This document shows, piece after piece, positions 37,654 to 49,030 of a stretch of 64,000 bases of DNA; position 1 is the first letter of the stretch; each line of letters opens with the position of its first letter. A program made the translations under genes and the position numbers. Location: assembly GCA_964392435.1 (NCBI GenBank), contig CAYMOY010000001.1:77259-141258 (forward strand), read 5' to 3'. Below the pieces are notes generated by a model. The model made no database searches. It was not told the origin of the DNA and saw only the letters and a list, made by a program, of their open reading frames with translations. Source of the stretch: Candidatus Micrarchaeota archaeon. Its GTDB lineage: Archaea; Micrarchaeota; Micrarchaeia; Anstonellales; Anstonellaceae.

Positions 37654-37957
37654 AAAAAAGCCCAAGAATGTCTGCCGCGGACCCCAAGCTGGCGGCAAAG
37701 GCCCCATGGAAAAGCAGATAAAAGGCAGGGCGACCCTCTCGCTTTTCTTCCCATCGCTCTGTTCTGCAAAGGCAGCGTACGATGGTCTGCTTTCCGAGGC
37801 TGACTTTTCGCACAGGGGCGGCTCCAAGGTGTTCTTATCCGGAAAATCCGTGCGGGTGGAAATTGAGGCGGATGACCCGGTCAGCTTGCGCGCCTCGATA
37901 AATTCCTATCTTCGCCTCATGCAAATCATTAAAACCCTTGACCAAGATAGTGGATAA
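37643..37957 (+). CDS. pcc1: KEOPS subunit Pcc1
   Basis: IEADDPVSLRASINSYLRLM; operon context. Confidence 0.88.
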   Translation: MKNEKKPKNVCRGPQAGGKGPMEKQIKGRATLSLFFPSLCSAKAAYDGLLSEADFSHRGGSKVFLSGKSVRVEIEADDPVSLRASINSYLRLMQIIKTLDQDSG

Positions 37958-38001
37958 CGGGAGGAGCCGCGTCTCATTGCGCACATTTAGGAGGTAATCA
38001 T

Positions 38002-38361
38002 ATGGCACAACCGCTTAGGAATCAGGAAGAATTGCAGAAAAGCCTTGCAGAGTTCCAGGAGCTTTCCCGCCAGATGCAAATGATGGCTTCCCAGCGCCAG
38101 CAGCTTTCGATGCAGGTGGAGGAGCTGAAAATCGCGGAAGAGGCGCTTGGCAAGGCTGAGAAAAGCGCAATCTACAGGGCAATCGGCCCCATACTCGTAG
38201 AAACCTCAAGGACTGACGCGAGCGCCGACTTGAAGGAAAAGAAGGACCTTTTCGATATGCGCATCGGAATGCTGGTCAAGCAGGAGGAGAAGCTCAAGCC
38301 GCGCATGGACCAGCTGCGCGCAGACCTTGAAAAGGCGATAAAGGAGAGCCGGCAGAAATAA
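38002..38361 (+). CDS. pfdB: Prefoldin beta subunit
   Basis: Helical hairpin with IYRAIGPILVE. Confidence 0.93.
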   Translation: MAQPLRNQEELQKSLAEFQELSRQMQMMASQRQQLSMQVEELKIAEEALGKAEKSAIYRAIGPILVETSRTDASADLKEKKDLFDMRIGMLVKQEEKLKPRMDQLRADLEKAIKESRQK

Positions 38362-38386
38362 GGAGCTGCTTTTCCAAGGCGCGAAA

Positions 38387-39394
38387 ATGGCGACAAGGCA
38401 GGGCAGCCGCATCCAATCTTCCACATCATCATCCCAAAGGCTTATTCTAAACCTTAAGCGCAGGCGCACCATCATCACTTTCCACTCTCTTGGCGACCTT
38501 GATGCGGCTGGATCGGCAATCGCCCTTTCCCGCTTCCTTGGGAAAAAGTCGCTCATCTGCCCGCCAGACCAGCCCTCCTCCCCGGCTCGCCGCCTGTTTG
38601 CCTACACACAGACTCCAACCGTGCTTTTTTCGCAGGCTAAGCGCAGCCCGGATGATGCCTTAGTGGCGCTGGATTCCTCATCTCCCCGCCTGCTTGCGCA
38701 CCTTGCCGGGCTGGTTCCAGACCTGGCAATCGACCACCATTCCCGCACAGGCGGGGAAATTCCGGCAAAGGCGATCATCAACGACCCTTCAGCATCCTCG
38801 ACATGCGAGATGCTCTATTTCCTTCTCAAGCCAAATGACAAAATTTCGGCAATCGCCCTTCTGCTCGGGATAATTTCTGATAGCGCGGGCTTCCAGAACG
38901 CCACCAGCCGGACATTCGAGGCGGTTTCCTCGCTCCTTGCCCTCTCCGGACTTTCTTATTCACAGATAAAGCAGCTGTCATTCGCACCCGAGTCGCTCTC
39001 AGAGCGGATTGAGGCGCTGCGCTCCTGCCAGTCCGTTTCAGCTGAGCGGATTGGCGAGCACATAATCGCCACAGCAATCGCAAAGAGCCACGAGGCGCAT
39101 TTCGCTGAGATGCTGGTGCGCACCGGGGCAGACCTTGCTTTCGTTGGGTGCGCTGGGGAGGATGGCAGGATTTCCGCCAGAATGCGCCAATCAATCAGGG
39201 GCAAGGTGAGCCTGGAGCGGATAATGTCCGAGGCTGGCAAGGTGCTAGGTGGTTCTGGCAGCGGGCACGAGCTTGCCGCAGGGGCATCAGGCGGGAAGGA
39301 AAACCTGCTCCCCGCGCTTGGCATCTGCGTGAAACTGGCGGAGTCCCAGCTCCTCGCATATGAGGGCGGCAAGATAAAGAAAATAGAATGGTGA
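38387..39394 (+). CDS. DHH family phosphoesterase
   Basis: TFHSLGDLDAAGS, IDHH, GIISDS, GGSGSGH. Confidence 0.88.
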   Translation: MATRQGSRIQSSTSSSQRLILNLKRRRTIITFHSLGDLDAAGSAIALSRFLGKKSLICPPDQPSSPARRLFAYTQTPTVLFSQAKRSPDDALVALDSSSPRLLAHLAGLVPDLAIDHHSRTGGEIPAKAIINDPSASSTCEMLYFLLKPNDKISAIALLLGIISDSAGFQNATSRTFEAVSSLLALSGLSYSQIKQLSFAPESLSERIEALRSCQSVSAERIGEHIIATAIAKSHEAHFAEMLVRTGADLAFVGCAGEDGRISARMRQSIRGKVSLERIMSEAGKVLGGSGSGHELAAGASGGKENLLPALGICVKLAESQLLAYEGGKIKKIEW

Positions 39395-39398
39395 GCCC

Positions 39399-40172
39399 TT
39401 GCCGGACTATGATTCCCAATCCAAGTCCTACGACCTCCTCTATCAAGGCTATTGCGAGGATATCCCATTTTACCTCTCAGAGGCAAAAAAAGCCCGCGGC
39501 CCAGTTCTTGAAATAGGCTGCGGCACAGGCAGGCTGCTTTTGAAATTCTTGCAAGCCGGGGTGGATGCGCACGGCATCGACATTTCGCCTGGGATGATTT
39601 CCCGCCTCATAAAAAAAGCAAAGGCACTTGGGATGGCGGCTGAGGGCAGGGCAAAAGTTGCAGACATGCGCAATTTTTCATCCAGGAGGAAATTTGCCCT
39701 GATAATAGTTCCCTTCCGTGTGTTTTTGCACCTTCTTTCAAGCGATGACCAGCTGTCCTCCCTTGCCTGCATGCGCAGGTCACTTTCGCCTCATGGCAGG
39801 ATAATCATGAATTTCTTCCTGCCCTCATCTGCGTTTATCGCAAAAAATTATGGCAAGCGGGTTTCCTGGGTGGCATACCACGACCGTGCGCACCTTGGGC
39901 GCAGCAAGGGGCTTGCGGAAAAGGGGCTCAGGGCGGTGGATTATGCCCGATACATAGACGAGCCAAACCAGGCAATCAAGGTGTCTCAGTCGCTTTACCG
40001 CGGGCAAAAGAGGGTGGCAAGGTATGATTACCGCCTGTCTTTGGTCTATAAGAAAGAGTTCGAGCTTTTGCTGCGCCTTGCGGGCTTTTCGAGATGGCGC
40101 GTTTACGGCGGATTTAAAAAGAAGCGGCTGGTATCATCAAAGCAGGAAATGGTGTGGGTAATCGACAAATGA
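39399..40172 (+). CDS. Class I SAM-dependent methyltransferase
   Basis: VLEIGCGTGR, GIDIS, ADMRNF. Confidence 0.9.
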   Translation: MPDYDSQSKSYDLLYQGYCEDIPFYLSEAKKARGPVLEIGCGTGRLLLKFLQAGVDAHGIDISPGMISRLIKKAKALGMAAEGRAKVADMRNFSSRRKFALIIVPFRVFLHLLSSDDQLSSLACMRRSLSPHGRIIMNFFLPSSAFIAKNYGKRVSWVAYHDRAHLGRSKGLAEKGLRAVDYARYIDEPNQAIKVSQSLYRGQKRVARYDYRLSLVYKKEFELLLRLAGFSRWRVYGGFKKKRLVSSKQEMVWVIDK

Positions 40173-41495
<1,323 letters not shown>

Positions 41496-41515
41496 GCGGC
41501 TTAAAATTAATTTAA

Positions 41516-41668
41516 GCCCCTGTAGCTCAGGGGTAGAGCGCGTGCATGGTAGAACCCTTTTTCCGCCTCCAGGCTAATGCGGCGAAAAAAGCGTTCACGG
41601 AAAACCTGTTGGTTCCGCGATTGGCTCCATCAAGCACGAGGTCGAGGGTTCAATTCCCTCCGGGGGCT
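41516..41668 (+). tRNA. tRNA-Thr(GGU) with 81-nt intron at 37/38 (41552-41632)
   Basis: Acceptor GCCCCTG/CGGGGGC; anticodon stem CGTGC/GCACG; T-arm GAGGG-TTCAATT-CCCTC; BHB core ATGG/CCAT; U73; no CCA encoded. Confidence 0.93.
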
Positions 41669-41669
41669 T

Positions 41670-42572
41670 TCAATTTTTACCCAGTTTTATCTTTGCCAGC
41701 AGCTGCAGCGTCTCGCTTTTCCCCTGCTCTGGGTCGATGTAATAAGCGCTGTCCTTGAGGTAAACTTCAACCACGAGGCTGCCCGACGCGGCTTTGCCTG
41801 GCGCAACGGCAATCTCGAATCTTCCTTCCCCACCCGGCTCCAGGAAGCATTCCTTGGGCTCTGATTCAAGCGCAATCTTGCTTCCATCCTCCAGCTTCAA
41901 GAAGGCCACCATCAGAGCCTCCTCTTTTTTCTGCCGCATGTTCTTGCCAACAAGTGTTACGCGCACTGTTTTGCCGGCCTCAATCTCATCTGGAAGCCCT
42001 TTTTCAACCAAGAGCGAAAAAGGGCGGGGCTGGGCATCCTCCCGCATGTCCAGCCTGAATTCATATGGGTTATTTTTTTTCTGGGGCTTATTCTCCTCCT
42101 GGTCGCTTTTTTCAGCCCTTGCAGCGCTCCATTTTTTTGCCTGGCGCTGCTGGTCGAGCGGGATTATGCCGTTTCCTTCGTATGCGCTTCCTGAGCCTGA
42201 GAAGGAGAAATTCTGGCTGACTGGCTTGCCAAAGGTCCGCTGGTGCATCAGCTCGTGCCTTTTTTGCTTTTTCTGCGCCTGGGCATCCCTCTCAAGCTTC
42301 AGAATCTCCCGCCGCTTCATCTCCTCTGCAACCCTTCTGCGCTTTAGCTCCTGCATTTCATCCTTTCGTTTCCTTTCAGACTCGCGGATAAGCCTGTCCC
42401 GCATCAGCTCGCGCTTCTCCTCAATCATTTTCTGCTGGCGCTCAGCCTCCTCCCTTCGTTTAATATCGTCTTTCTGCTTCACAAACTGGAAGCAGTTGGC
42501 GCAGTAGTCCATTCCGTTGTAAAAGCCGCCGCTTTCGTATTCCGCCCTGCACCTGTTGCAACGGTGGGTCAT
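41670..42572 (-). CDS. Hypothetical: Zn ribbon, coiled coil and beta-sandwich-like C-terminus
   Basis: CNRC...CANC, charged helix, beta-rich C-terminus. Confidence 0.7.
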   Translation of the reverse strand: MTHRCNRCRAEYESGGFYNGMDYCANCFQFVKQKDDIKRREEAERQQKMIEEKRELMRDRLIRESERKRKDEMQELKRRRVAEEMKRREILKLERDAQAQKKQKRHELMHQRTFGKPVSQNFSFSGSGSAYEGNGIIPLDQQRQAKKWSAARAEKSDQEENKPQKKNNPYEFRLDMREDAQPRPFSLLVEKGLPDEIEAGKTVRVTLVGKNMRQKKEEALMVAFLKLEDGSKIALESEPKECFLEPGGEGRFEIAVAPGKAASGSLVVEVYLKDSAYYIDPEQGKSETLQLLAKIKLGKN

Positions 42573-42649
42573 CTTCTCAAGCCCCTCTTTCGGGCAGACT
42601 CTCTTGCCGGTTTTTCATATTTAAGGCACATCTGCCAGCGCAGAAGGGA

Positions 42650-43888
42650 TCATACATCTATCGTTTCCCCAAGCGAAGGGGCGTATGCTTCAAAGCCCTC
42701 CAGCTTCAGCTCCTCTGCGAACTGTGGGCAGGCATCTCCGTGCATGCATAGAACACGGTCGGGCTTGAGCTTCTCGCAAAGCTCGAACAACTCTTTGCGC
42801 CCGGCGTGCGCCGAGAAATCCAGGTAGGAGTATTGCGCCTTGGGCGTTATTTTCACGCCATCATACTCCACAAATCCCTTGTTGAGCAGATTGTAGCCAT
42901 TGGTCTCCTCCACGCAATAGCCAGTGAAAATCGCGCGGGATTCTGGCTCCATCTGCAAAAGGTAGGAAAGCGCGGGCCCGCCCTGCAGCATTCCCGCGGT
43001 GGCTATTATCACGCAGGGGCGGCGCAGCACCTTTTTCCTGTCGTTCTTGTGCAATATAGGGGTGCAGGTCGCCATGTCCTGCCTGAAGCGCTTGAAATCC
43101 TTTGTGTATGCCGAATAATGCGCCAGCTCGTCTGATACCCTCCAGCCCATGCCGTCCACGAATATCTCCACGTCATGGTTGACCGAGCGGACAATGCGCA
43201 CCAATTCCTGCGTCCTGCCTATCGCGAACGCAGGGAAAAGCACGGTGCCACCCTGCTCCAGCGTTTCGGTCATCTGCCTGCCAAGCTCAGTCTCCAGCTC
43301 CTTTCTTGGCGGATGGTCCCTCTGCGCATAAGTGCTTTCCACCATCAGCACATCGGGCTCCTTGCGCGGAGGTTCGGATGCGAAGGTGGTCTTGGTCTCC
43401 TCGCCCTTGAAATCTCCGGAGTAAACCACTCGCTTGCCATCCATTTCCAGCTCTATCATGGATGCTCCGGGTATGTGGCCGGCATTGTGCAGCGTTACTG
43501 AGGCCCCGCCAATCTCATGGACTTTTCGATAAGACAGGTGCGTTGTGTTCTGTTCCATCCTCCTAACATGGCTTGACTTGAAAGGAAACTCGCCGCGCTT
43601 TGCCATTATCCTGATGGAGTCCTCTATTATTATCTTCCCGAGGGCAAGGGTTGGCGGGGTGCAAATAAGCTCCGGAGTGCCTTTCTTGAAAAGGGATGGT
43701 AGGAAACCGGTGTGGTCCAAATGCGCGTGCGAAGCCACCACAAAATCCGGTATGTGGGGGGGTGCAAGCGGCAGGGTGCTGTCCGAATGTATCTTCAGCC
43801 CGCAATCAAACATGACGTTCTCTTCCCCTGCGACAAGAACGCTGCTCCTTCCGACTTCCTGCGCTGCCCCAAGAAACGTTATCTCCAT
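42650..43888 (-). CDS. Beta-CASP metallo-beta-lactamase ribonuclease (KH-less aCPSF-like)
   Basis: FLGAAQEVGRS, SHAHLDH, AGHIPGA, YSGDF, ESTY, FSAHA, MHGD; start refined. Confidence 0.92.
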   Translation of the reverse strand: MEITFLGAAQEVGRSSVLVAGEENVMFDCGLKIHSDSTLPLAPPHIPDFVVASHAHLDHTGFLPSLFKKGTPELICTPPTLALGKIIIEDSIRIMAKRGEFPFKSSHVRRMEQNTTHLSYRKVHEIGGASVTLHNAGHIPGASMIELEMDGKRVVYSGDFKGEETKTTFASEPPRKEPDVLMVESTYAQRDHPPRKELETELGRQMTETLEQGGTVLFPAFAIGRTQELVRIVRSVNHDVEIFVDGMGWRVSDELAHYSAYTKDFKRFRQDMATCTPILHKNDRKKVLRRPCVIIATAGMLQGGPALSYLLQMEPESRAIFTGYCVEETNGYNLLNKGFVEYDGVKITPKAQYSYLDFSAHAGRKELFELCEKLKPDRVLCMHGDACPQFAEELKLEGFEAYAPSLGETIDV

Positions 43889-44092
43889 AGGAAAGGCTTC
43901 GGGTGCTAAGGCTATAAAGGCATGCGGCTTTGGCAAAAAGGGCTCGCATCTGAATTTGGGAAAATGCTCGCACATCATATGCCCTGCCCATCAGGCCGTA
44001 TCGCCCTGCTGCGCTTTCCCGCATGGCTTATCGGCGCAGATGGCATGCCCCCATAGGTTAAGCTCTTAAAAGTTAGCGCCCAATTCCATCAG

Positions 44093-44959
44093 ATGAACGA
44101 GCTTACTTTTCTGGACCTGGTCATTCTCAAAAAGGTGGACCCCGACTCCACAGTGGAAAAATTCGGGAGCTTGATAAACACCTCGTTTTTCGAGACTGCA
44201 AACCTCCTTGGCACCATCAAGATAAAAGGCTATATCAACATCGAGTCTTCTGTGGGCGGCGTTTCCCAAGTGGGGCTCACCGATGCTGGCAAGAGCCTTC
44301 TTGTCTTTGCCGAGCAGAAGGCAAAGGAGCCAATCGAGCCTCTGGATAATGCGATATTGCACTCTCTTGCCGGGGGCGCGCGCGAGCTTGAAGCGTTGCA
44401 AAACGCCCTGAATATCCGCAGCGGCGATTTGGCGTATCACATAAACAAGCTGGTCGGGCAGGGCTTCATGGATTTCGAAGTCCGCTCTGCCAAGGTGTAT
44501 TTTGTATTGACTGAGATGGGCTTCAACGCAACCGGCGGGGTCAGAGTGCAGCAAAGCCTTTCTTCAGAGGTAAAAAAAGAGGAAAAATCAGGCTCTGCTT
44601 CCGAATCCAGCGGAAAGCCAGCATCTCAAATCGCTGGCGCACCCGAGTCGGCTCCGCCCTGGGTCAATCCATCTGATTTAAGGCAAGAAAGCGGCAAGGG
44701 CGGTTCAAAAAAGGATGTTGAGCACATAATTGGGGAAAAGATGCATGTGCCCAAGCCGGAAAAGCAGCATGCCGACCAGAAGAAGCCGCACAAGCGCGAG
44801 CTGACTGCTGAGGAGATGAAGCAGCGCGAAAAGGCAAGGAGGCTTTTCTCCAAGGCGCAGTACTATATCGTGGAATATGCGCCTTACCTGGTGCTAATTG
44901 CAATGGTTCTGGCAATTTTCGCAGGCGCGATTTTCCTTTCACTCACCAAGCTCGTATGA
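44093..44959 (+). CDS. Hypothetical: two winged-helix domains, linker and C-terminal TM anchor
   Basis: LGTIKIKGYI...LTDAG; LAYHINKLVGQGFM...LTEMG; hydrophobic tail. Confidence 0.7.
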   Translation: MNELTFLDLVILKKVDPDSTVEKFGSLINTSFFETANLLGTIKIKGYINIESSVGGVSQVGLTDAGKSLLVFAEQKAKEPIEPLDNAILHSLAGGARELEALQNALNIRSGDLAYHINKLVGQGFMDFEVRSAKVYFVLTEMGFNATGGVRVQQSLSSEVKKEEKSGSASESSGKPASQIAGAPESAPPWVNPSDLRQESGKGGSKKDVEHIIGEKMHVPKPEKQHADQKKPHKRELTAEEMKQREKARRLFSKAQYYIVEYAPYLVLIAMVLAIFAGAIFLSLTKLV

Positions 44960-44968
44960 GGGATTCAT

Positions 44969-45583
44969 TTGGATTTTTCCCTTCTTTCAAAATACAAGAT
45001 AAGCTACCCGCCTTCAGTTCTCTGCTCGTCATCAGCAGCAGCAGTAAAGGCAGCCGATGAATTCGGCTACCCGGTGGTCCTCAAGCTGATTTCCCCCCAG
45101 GTGCTGCACAAGTCTGACAAAGGCGGGGTCATATTGCGGCTGGGCAACCAAGAAGAGGTGGCAAAGGCATACGAGCTTCTCATAAAGAGGTTCAGGGGTT
45201 TTCTGGTGGAAGGCGTGCTGGTGCAGAAGATGGTGGCGGGGCAAGGGCCTGAGCTTATTGTAGGCGGCAAGAAAGACGCCCAGTTCGGGCAGCTGATAAT
45301 GCTGGGGCTGGGGGGCATTTTTGTGGAAGTTTTCCGGGACGTGACATTTAGGGTCTGCCCGATTGCCAAGGGGGATGCGCAGGAGATGATCCGGGAGCTT
45401 CGCGCCTACCCCATATTGGCTGGCGCCCGGGGCCGCAAGCCAATAAGCCAGACTGCCCTGGTTGGGACATTGCTAAAGGTTTCCAATCTTCTGATGGAAG
45501 AGGACCCTCTGGAATTCGACCTCAACCCATTGGTGGCCGGGGAAAAAGACTGCGTTGCTTTGGATATGAGGATTCTGCGCTGA
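44969..45583 (+). CDS. ADP-forming acyl-CoA synthetase beta subunit
   Basis: GYPVVLKLISPQVLHKSDKGGV, GLGGIFVE, DLNP. Confidence 0.92.
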   Translation: MDFSLLSKYKISYPPSVLCSSSAAAVKAADEFGYPVVLKLISPQVLHKSDKGGVILRLGNQEEVAKAYELLIKRFRGFLVEGVLVQKMVAGQGPELIVGGKKDAQFGQLIMLGLGGIFVEVFRDVTFRVCPIAKGDAQEMIRELRAYPILAGARGRKPISQTALVGTLLKVSNLLMEEDPLEFDLNPLVAGEKDCVALDMRILR

Positions 45584-45598
45584 GGCGGGGATAAAAAA

Positions 45599-47026
45599 AT
45601 GGCAATCCAGAAAAAAGTGAAGAACCTTGAATCGGTTTTCAATCCCCTCAGCGTGGCTGTCATAGGCGCCAGCCGCGAGCCGAACAAAATAGGGCATGTG
45701 ATAGTGAAAAACTTCGTGGACGGGGGATTTGCGGGCAAAGTGTATCCAATCAACCCGAACGCGGAGGAGATACTCGGTCTGCGTTCCTACAGGTCTGTGC
45801 TTGAAATAGTGGAAAAGGTGGATTCCGCAGTGATAGCCGTCCCAGCGGCAGCGGTTGAGGGGGTGCTGGAGGAGTGCGGCAAGAAAGGCATCAAGGGCGT
45901 TGTGCTGATAACAGGCGGCTTTTCCGAAGTGGGGAACAAAGAAGGCGAGGCGCGAATAGCTGAAATCGCAAACCGCTATGAAATGGCGCTTATAGGCCCA
46001 AACTGCATGGGTGTGATAACCCCTGCGAGCAGGGTGGACAGCGTTTTCCTTCCCATCTACAAGCTGGGCAGGCCGCGTGTTGGCGGCATATCGTTCATCA
46101 GCCAGTCAGGAGCCGTGGGCGGCTGCATAGTCGATCTTGCTGCCCGCGCAGGCATAGGCATGAGCAAGTTCGTTTCTTACGGGAATGCCGCAGTTGTAGA
46201 CGAGTGCGATTTGCTGGAGTATCTTGCTGCTGACAAGGAAACCGAGATAATAGTCGCTTATCTTGAGGGAGTGAAAGACGGGCGGAAATTCCTGGAAACC
46301 GCTCGGAAAATCACCCACAAAAAGCCGATTGTTGTTCTCAAGGCTGGCAGGAGCGCGGCAGGGGCAGAGGCGGCGCAATCGCACACAGGCTCGCTTGCTG
46401 GCACCGCGGAAGCTTACACTGCGGCATTCAAGCAATCCAGGATAATCGAGGCCGCCACATTGGAGCAGCTCTTTGATTTCGCCAAGATATTCGACCAGGT
46501 GCTGCCCTGCGGCGGGCGGGTGGGCATAATCACCAACGGGGGCGGCATGGGCGTGCTTGCCACAGACTCACTTGAGGATGAAGGGCTTGAACTTGCCCGG
46601 ATTTCCGATGAGACCAAAAAGCTGCTGCGGTCATCCCTGCCCCAATATGCCAACGTTCGCAATCCCCTTGACATAATCGGGGATGCCGATTCGCACCGCT
46701 ATGAGGTGGCGCTCAACGCCATGCTAAAGGATGAGGGCGTAGACATCATACTTCTGATAATACTTTTCCAGACCGCAGGCATAGACAGCTCGGTTGTAAA
46801 TATCGCCATCCGGGCATCCGACCAAAAGAAAAAGCCCATAATAGCCGTCTGCACAGGGGGGGAATACACCGAGATGCACAAGCGCATACTTGAAAGCTAT
46901 GGGGTTCCGACCTACGCCTCCCCCTCATCCGCAATGCGGGCAATCTCGCGTTTTCTCATATATTCAAAGCATTACTCGAAATACAACGACGTGAAATGCC
47001 CAACGCCGATAAAGAAGTCCAAATAA
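45599..47026 (+). CDS. ADP-forming acyl-CoA synthetase alpha subunit
   Basis: VAVIGAS, IGPNCMG, SQSG, AQSHTGSLAG, NPLDIIGDA. Confidence 0.94.
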   Translation: MAIQKKVKNLESVFNPLSVAVIGASREPNKIGHVIVKNFVDGGFAGKVYPINPNAEEILGLRSYRSVLEIVEKVDSAVIAVPAAAVEGVLEECGKKGIKGVVLITGGFSEVGNKEGEARIAEIANRYEMALIGPNCMGVITPASRVDSVFLPIYKLGRPRVGGISFISQSGAVGGCIVDLAARAGIGMSKFVSYGNAAVVDECDLLEYLAADKETEIIVAYLEGVKDGRKFLETARKITHKKPIVVLKAGRSAAGAEAAQSHTGSLAGTAEAYTAAFKQSRIIEAATLEQLFDFAKIFDQVLPCGGRVGIITNGGGMGVLATDSLEDEGLELARISDETKKLLRSSLPQYANVRNPLDIIGDADSHRYEVALNAMLKDEGVDIILLIILFQTAGIDSSVVNIAIRASDQKKKPIIAVCTGGEYTEMHKRILESYGVPTYASPSSAMRAISRFLIYSKHYSKYNDVKCPTPIKKSK

Positions 47027-47083
47027 GGCTCATCCGCCTCAATGGCTTGCCCATTGGTTCCTGCCCGGGCTTGGGCGCGCGAT

Positions 47084-47785
47084 TCAATCCTTTTTACTTC
47101 CCTTCACAGCCTTGTGCCCTTTTTTGGTCTTCAGGTACCTGTGTATCGAGTAGAGGCACGCCACAATCGCAGTGACTATGACCGGGCCTATGAGCAGCCA
47201 CAGCCGAAGGTCTCCCTGCACCACCAACCCCACCAAGGCCAGGGCGCAGCATATCCAGAACAGCTTGCCCGCAAGCCTGTTGGTTTTTTCCCATATCTTC
47301 TCATCGGCAAGCCTCCAGGGCGTGCGCACGCCAATGAAATAGTTGCGCTTGGTGAAGTTCAGCATGTAGCCAACATAAAAGAAGAGGAGGGCAATCGCGA
47401 AAATGGTTATCAGGGACGGGTCAAAGTTGCCCCAATACCCCAAATTCGGGATGAGCGTTGCCACATAGATTACGCCCATGACAAAAACGAGCAGCACCCG
47501 AAAACCCCAAAACTGTTTTTCGAATTCTCTGATATTGCCCTGGTAGATGCCTATTCTGGGTATGACCAACAGCCCCAAGTATATTATCAGCGTAATTATG
47601 GGGATAAGATAAACGCCCACCGTCTTGCTGCCCCAGCCATCAGCGTTGCCGCTCAGACCCCAGTGGGTTATCACTTCTCCATTTTCATTTGTCTGTACGA
47701 GCGGGTCAGCATAGAACGCGATTGCGAACATCAGAGCGATTATGAGCAGCGGAAGTATGTCTTTGTGCACTATTCCACCCCGCAA
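47084..47785 (-). CDS. SdpI/DUF1648 family membrane protein
   Basis: THWGLSGNADGW, RNYFIGVRTPW, WEKTNRLAGK. Confidence 0.88.
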   Translation of the reverse strand: MRGGIVHKDILPLLIIALMFAIAFYADPLVQTNENGEVITHWGLSGNADGWGSKTVGVYLIPIITLIIYLGLLVIPRIGIYQGNIREFEKQFWGFRVLLVFVMGVIYVATLIPNLGYWGNFDPSLITIFAIALLFFYVGYMLNFTKRNYFIGVRTPWRLADEKIWEKTNRLAGKLFWICCALALVGLVVQGDLRLWLLIGPVIVTAIVACLYSIHRYLKTKKGHKAVKGSKKD

Positions 47786-47832
47786 AACATACTCTGATAA
47801 GGAATATAAAGGGCTGCATCTGCAGCATAAGC

Positions 47833-48372
47833 ATGGCAGATGGGCAAGCTCCGCTTTTCACCCGCAAAAACGCACTTGCGCTTTTCTTCGCCTTGGCAAT
47901 GGCGGCTGGGGCAGCGGTTCTTTTCCACCAGTTCGCATTCCTGCAGAACATCGGATATGCTGAAATATTCGCAGTTTCCCTCCTTTCATCTGCGACAATC
48001 CTGCTGCCCCTTCCTGGGTTTGCACTTGTTTTTGCCGCCGCGCCCTACCTCAACCCCTTCCTGCTTGGCATTGCCGCAGGATTGGGCTCGGGCTTGGGCG
48101 AAATCTCAGGTTATTTGGTCGGTTTTGCAGGGCACAATGCGGTGGAACGCACCAGGATTTTCCGCTCGCACAAAAAGCAGATTAAAAAATACGGGGCGCC
48201 ATCGGTGTTCATCCTCGCCCTCATCCCCAATCCCGCATTCGATATGGCCGGCATTGCGGCAGGGGCAATGAAGATGAGGTGGTGGGAGTTCCTTGCGGCA
48301 ACAGTGGGGGGCAAGACCATCCGCTATATCCTGCTGGCATACGCAGGCAATTTCTCAGCAGGATGGTTCTAG
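47833..48372 (+). CDS. VTT/DedA (SNARE-associated) membrane protein
   Basis: ATILLPLPG, GSGLGEISGY, IPNPAFDMAGIAAG, GKTIR. Confidence 0.85.
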   Translation: MADGQAPLFTRKNALALFFALAMAAGAAVLFHQFAFLQNIGYAEIFAVSLLSSATILLPLPGFALVFAAAPYLNPFLLGIAAGLGSGLGEISGYLVGFAGHNAVERTRIFRSHKKQIKKYGAPSVFILALIPNPAFDMAGIAAGAMKMRWWEFLAATVGGKTIRYILLAYAGNFSAGWF

Positions 48373-48430
48373 GTAAAAGCGACAATAATAAAAAATTGGT
48401 CTGAAGAGGGCTTTAGGGTGCTTCAAAGCC

Positions 48431-48970
48431 CTAGTCCTTCTCGTAATGCTTGAGCATGGAGATGTACTTCTCGTGCGCCATGCCTGCGTCGAACTCATGG
48501 CAGCTTTCAAGCATCCGCGCGCGCTCATCTGCAGTGAAATATTCCATGGAGGCTGGGAAAAATTCCTTGTCCTCCTTTTGTATGTGCGGGGGATAAAGCT
48601 CAACAAGTCTTTTGAGGTGGGTTGAAATGTGGGCAACCGCGTCCATGTCTCCCTTTTCGTACATCTGTACGGCCTCGTTAAGCCTCTTGACCTCCTCTCG
48701 CGCAGTGCTGTGCTCCCGCAGGAGCTGTTTCACGACTGATTCGTGCTCCGGCTTTATCCTTTTTTTCGCAAGCTCGCGAAAGAGTATGCCTTCCTCCTTT
48801 CCATGGTGCGTCATGTCCGCATAGTTTTTGAAAAAGTCCACTGCGGAATAAATGAATGCCGGGTTTGCAGTATGCCGCAGCTCCTCTGCGCCTACCTCTT
48901 TTTTCAGATAGGAGATCATCCTCTCTATTATCCGGTGTTCAGCCATCAGCACATGGATAATTTCCATCAT
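48431..48970 (-). CDS. Hemerythrin-domain protein
   Basis: EHRII, HHGKEEGILF, EH, HIQKEDKEFF; start refined. Confidence 0.9.
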   Translation of the reverse strand: MMEIIHVLMAEHRIIERMISYLKKEVGAEELRHTANPAFIYSAVDFFKNYADMTHHGKEEGILFRELAKKRIKPEHESVVKQLLREHSTAREEVKRLNEAVQMYEKGDMDAVAHISTHLKRLVELYPPHIQKEDKEFFPASMEYFTADERARMLESCHEFDAGMAHEKYISMLKHYEKD

Positions 48971-49030
48971 ATCACCTGCGCAAATAACTGCGGGCCAGAA
49001 TATAACCTTAACTTTGGGGGATTGACAAAG

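Noticed and set aside
33146-38361. Proteasome/exosome superoperon as a novelty
   Set aside because: It is a well-known conserved archaeal gene cluster
48988-49002. attL/attR duplicate of the tRNA-Ile 3' end (GGGCCAGAA versus GGGCCGGAA)
   Set aside because: Only 8 of 9 bases match, which is expected by chance; no integrase is present
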